Of a stretch of 54,509 bases of DNA, positions 52,140 through 54,509 are shown in pieces. The first letter of the stretch is position 1; every line of letters begins with the position of its first letter. This DNA is from Candidatus Woesearchaeota archaeon (GTDB lineage Archaea; Nanobdellota; Nanobdellia; Pacearchaeales; GW2011-AR1), in contig CAYIVX010000001.1 in the NCBI GenBank assembly GCA_964366925.1, forward strand, positions 1-54,509. The letters are read 5' to 3'. The notes beneath the pieces are model-generated. The model saw nothing but the letters and a program-made list of their open reading frames with translations, made no database searches and had not been told where the DNA came from. Position numbers and translations under genes: made by a program.

Positions 52140-53117
52140 ATGGTTAAATCATCTAAACCAATTTCTAATAAGGGAAACTCTGAGATAAATGACCTTATTT
52201 TTAAGGAGCTTATTAAGAGAGGATATTCTCTTGAGGGAAATACTAGGGTTTTTAATATTGCAGATTCTAAATTGTGGTATTTAACACCTGCACAAGCACA
52301 GGCATTTTTAGATTTGGAACAATCTAAAGATTATCAAAAAGATGTTATTCAAAAAGAAATTGATTTAATTAAAAATAATATCGGCGAGGTAACAGAAAAT
52401 ATTACTAATAAACCAGTAAATCTTATTGATCTTGGTTGTGGCGATGGAAAAAAAGCAGTAATCTTTATTGGGCATTTGAAAGATACTACTAAATTAAGAT
52501 ATTGTCCTATTGATATTAGTTCTTATATGGTTGAAAAAGCAATAGAAAAAGTTTCAAAATTAAATATTAAAGAAGTTGTAAAATTTCAATGGAATATCTC
52601 TGATTTTGAAAATCTTGAAAATATAACTCCTTTACTTCGTTCTGGCGAGTATAAAGATAATTTTATTCTTTTGCTTGGAAATACTTTAGGAAATTTTGAA
52701 ATTCACGAACTTCTTTATGGGATAAGAAGCAGTATGAAGGATAACGATGTTCTTTTAATTGGAAATGGTTTGGATATAAGAGATTCTGGTGAAATCTTGA
52801 AGGCCTATAATAATCCTTATCTCGATTATATGCTTGTAAAAACTCTTACACAGGTGGGATTAAAAAAAGAAGATGTTAAATACGGAGCAAGATTTAGAAA
52901 TTCAAGAGTAGAAATGTATTATACTCTTCTTAGAGATATTGAAATTTCATTTTTAGGAAGAACCGTTAATTTTAGTAAGGGTGATCAAATTATTGTTGCT
53001 GTTTCTTATAAGTATAGAAAAGAAGATTTTATGTCTTTTATGAAAATGTATTTTTCTGATGTGGGCTTATTTGTTTCTAAAGATGGAAGTTATGCTCTTG
53101 CTCTTTGTAAAAAGTAG
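52140..53117 (+). CDS. SAM-dependent methyltransferase of the EgtD-like (Methyltransf_33) type
   Basis: LIDLGCGDGKKAV, YCPIDISSYMVEKA, LLLGNTLGNFE and LLIGNGLD follow the EgtD-family pattern ELGsGsxxK / Y.PiDiS / flGStiGNf / lLiG.D. Confidence 0.55.
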   Translation: MVKSSKPISNKGNSEINDLIFKELIKRGYSLEGNTRVFNIADSKLWYLTPAQAQAFLDLEQSKDYQKDVIQKEIDLIKNNIGEVTENITNKPVNLIDLGCGDGKKAVIFIGHLKDTTKLRYCPIDISSYMVEKAIEKVSKLNIKEVVKFQWNISDFENLENITPLLRSGEYKDNFILLLGNTLGNFEIHELLYGIRSSMKDNDVLLIGNGLDIRDSGEILKAYNNPYLDYMLVKTLTQVGLKKEDVKYGARFRNSRVEMYYTLLRDIEISFLGRTVNFSKGDQIIVAVSYKYRKEDFMSFMKMYFSDVGLFVSKDGSYALALCKK

Positions 53118-53165
53118 TTAGCCAAACCTTTTAAAATACTGATTTCTCCTAATAATTAAACATAT

Positions 53166-53292
53166 GAGCCCTTAGCTCAGCCCGGTTAGAGCACTGCTCT
53201 TATAAGATTAAATTTCGCTAGAAATTTATTTTTCCTTCCTTCGGGAAGACTAAGAAAGGCAGGGGTCCCACGTTCAAATCGTGGAGGGCTCA
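53166..53292 (+). tRNA. tRNA-Ile (anticodon TAT) with a ~52-nt canonical-position intron (53205-53256)
   Basis: Manual fold: GAGCCCT/AGGGCTC acceptor, D GCTC/GAGC, anticodon stem CTGCT/GGCAG (one G-U pair) with loop CTTATA|intron|A, T arm CCACG-TTCAAAT-CGTGG, discriminator A. Intron ends are +/-2 nt. Confidence 0.7.
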
Positions 53293-53415
53293 TACAAAGA
53301 CCTCCAGTAGTTCCCGCGAAAAATGAAATTTTTCGGGGCCCAGAAAATCAGTAGATTTTCTTGGCCTTAACACTCAACTCCCTATAATAAAATTTATAAA
53401 GAATGGTTTCTTTTT

Positions 53416-53832
53416 GTGATAATGAAAAAGGTGTTGATAATTTCAATTATTGTTGGAGTTATAGTTTTATTAATTCTGGGATTTTTTGTATTAAATAATA
53501 AGGCAGGTTCTGAAACAGAACAAATCGGAGACAAAAATTCTACACCCATATATAATTGTGGAAAGATGGAAAATCCTTCTTGTTTCACCAGTAGAATGAC
53601 TCAATGTTCACCTGTAACTGCTCAACTTACTTCCGTAGAAGGTACAATTTTGGATATAACTATTTTAGGAAAAGAAAATGATAAATGTCATTTTCAAAGA
53701 AAAGCAAATAATTCTATAAATTTTAACTGCTATTTTCTTATGAATAATTTAGATTCTGGATGGGATCTTATTGATCAAACTTTTGGAAATGAAAAAGGTT
53801 TGCAAAGTGTTGTAGACTCTGCTTGTCATTAA
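53416..53832 (+). CDS. Small membrane-anchored/secreted Cys-containing protein
   Basis: 138-aa ORF with N-terminal anchor KKVLIISIIVGVIVLLILGFFVL and six Cys in the ectodomain. Confidence 0.5.
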   Translation: MIMKKVLIISIIVGVIVLLILGFFVLNNKAGSETEQIGDKNSTPIYNCGKMENPSCFTSRMTQCSPVTAQLTSVEGTILDITILGKENDKCHFQRKANNSINFNCYFLMNNLDSGWDLIDQTFGNEKGLQSVVDSACH

Positions 53833-53843
53833 TGTTTTATTTT

Positions 53844-54176
53844 TTATTTTTCTGGAGAATTTGCTAAAACTAGTCTTCCATCATAGGGGAGAATATCTTT
53901 TGTTTTAACTAAAGAATCTATAGGGATGTTTCTCATTCCAGAAGGTTTGCCATCTTGACAATTATAAACACAGCCATAGGCAACTCCTGGTCGGATATTT
54001 TCTATTGCAAATCTGGTAGCAACAAACCCTGCTTTAGTTAGTCCTAAACATCTTGTATCTACGGTAATCCACTCTTTTTCTAAGCCTAGAACTATTATTC
54101 TTTCACTTGGTCCTAATCCCCTATCTACAATATTACATAGGGCATAATATTCTTCTGGTTTCTTTGCAGTTATCAT
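53844..54176 (-). CDS. Hypothetical protein (110 aa)
   Basis: ORF track entry. No family recognised. Confidence 0.45.
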   Translation of the reverse strand: MITAKKPEEYYALCNIVDRGLGPSERIIVLGLEKEWITVDTRCLGLTKAGFVATRFAIENIRPGVAYGCVYNCQDGKPSGMRNIPIDSLVKTKDILPYDGRLVLANSPEK

Positions 54177-54394
54177 AAATTATTTCTTATCTAAACCTAT
54201 TTAAAGTTTTATTTTGGTGAATATATGGATAAAAATAAATTCAAAAAGCAACTAAAACCTTCGGTTTGAGCTACAAGCTTTTAGGAAATAAAATTTCCTA
54301 ACTCTCCAACTTTCACAAGTTGAAGATTTTGATACTCAGAAATTCCCCGAATTTCTGATTTTTTTATTTTTAACTAAGGAGAAAAAAATAAAAA

Positions 54395-54484
54395 ATGATA
54401 ATTATAGGTGTTGCTGGAACTATTGCTGCTGGAAAGGAAACTCTTACAAGTTATTTTAGAGAAAGGGGATTTGTTTATTTTGAG
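54395..54484 (+). CDS. P-loop nucleotide kinase-like protein, 5' fragment (truncated by contig end/adapter)
   Basis: Translates as MIIIGVAGTIAAGKETLTSYFRERGFVYFE, with a CoaE/dNK-like GxxGxxxxGK P-loop. AAGGAG lies at 54376-54381. The reading frame continues into adapter sequence. Confidence 0.45.
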
Positions 54485-54509
54485 AGATCGGAAGAGCGTC
54501 GTGTAGGGA
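54485..54509. other. Illumina TruSeq adapter sequence (non-biological)
   Basis: AGATCGGAAGAGCGTCGTGTAGGGA is the start of the standard Illumina adapter AGATCGGAAGAGCGTCGTGTAGGGAAAGAGTGT. Confidence 0.9.

Noticed and set aside
1-54509. rRNA genes, RNase P RNA, SRP RNA
   Set aside because: No extended GC-enriched structured stretch of suitable length was seen in any gene-free interval. The longest such gaps are 470 bp and 415 bp, and both are AT-rich with only short hairpins.

Overview
AT-rich archaeal contig. The archaeal assignment rests on RFC small and large subunits, archaeal-type PheRS alpha/beta, Rpo7-Spt4-S24e-S27ae cluster, L41e, deoxyhypusine synthase, archaeosine-type TGT, intron-containing tRNA and inteins. 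The gene content and style look DPANN-like: many small membrane or secreted proteins, few metabolic genes, and a tRNA-Ile(UAU). That lineage call is inference only. About 75 CDS are supported, including four short ones absent from the ORF track (L41e, two Zn-binding mini-proteins, small element ORFs). There are six tRNAs: Gln-CUG, Glu-CUC, Thr-GGU, Trp-CCA, Glu-UUC and an intron-containing Ile-UAU. I saw no rRNA and no CRISPR array. The main accessory features are: (1) a ~4.8 kb integrase-bearing element inserted in the 3' end of tRNA-Glu(CUC), carrying a 502-aa wHTH protein translationally coupled to a thymidylate-synthase homolog that appears to lack the catalytic Cys; (2) a HEPN-like/MNT cassette bracketed by a duplicated gene 3' end and preceded by a tandem palindromic repeat; (3) a LAGLIDADG intein splitting the P-loop of an XPD/DinG-like helicase, plus a free-standing LAGLIDADG gene overlapping tRNA-Glu(UUC). 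The most unusual non-coding signal is a dispersed intergenic repeat family with at least 6 copies, two of them ~96% identical over 93 bp. Alongside it are a ~90-nt two-hairpin element present twice with compensatory base changes, and a recurring CAGAAAT/ATTTCTG hairpin. The last 25 nt of the window are an Illumina adapter, so homopolymer frameshifts here should be treated cautiously.
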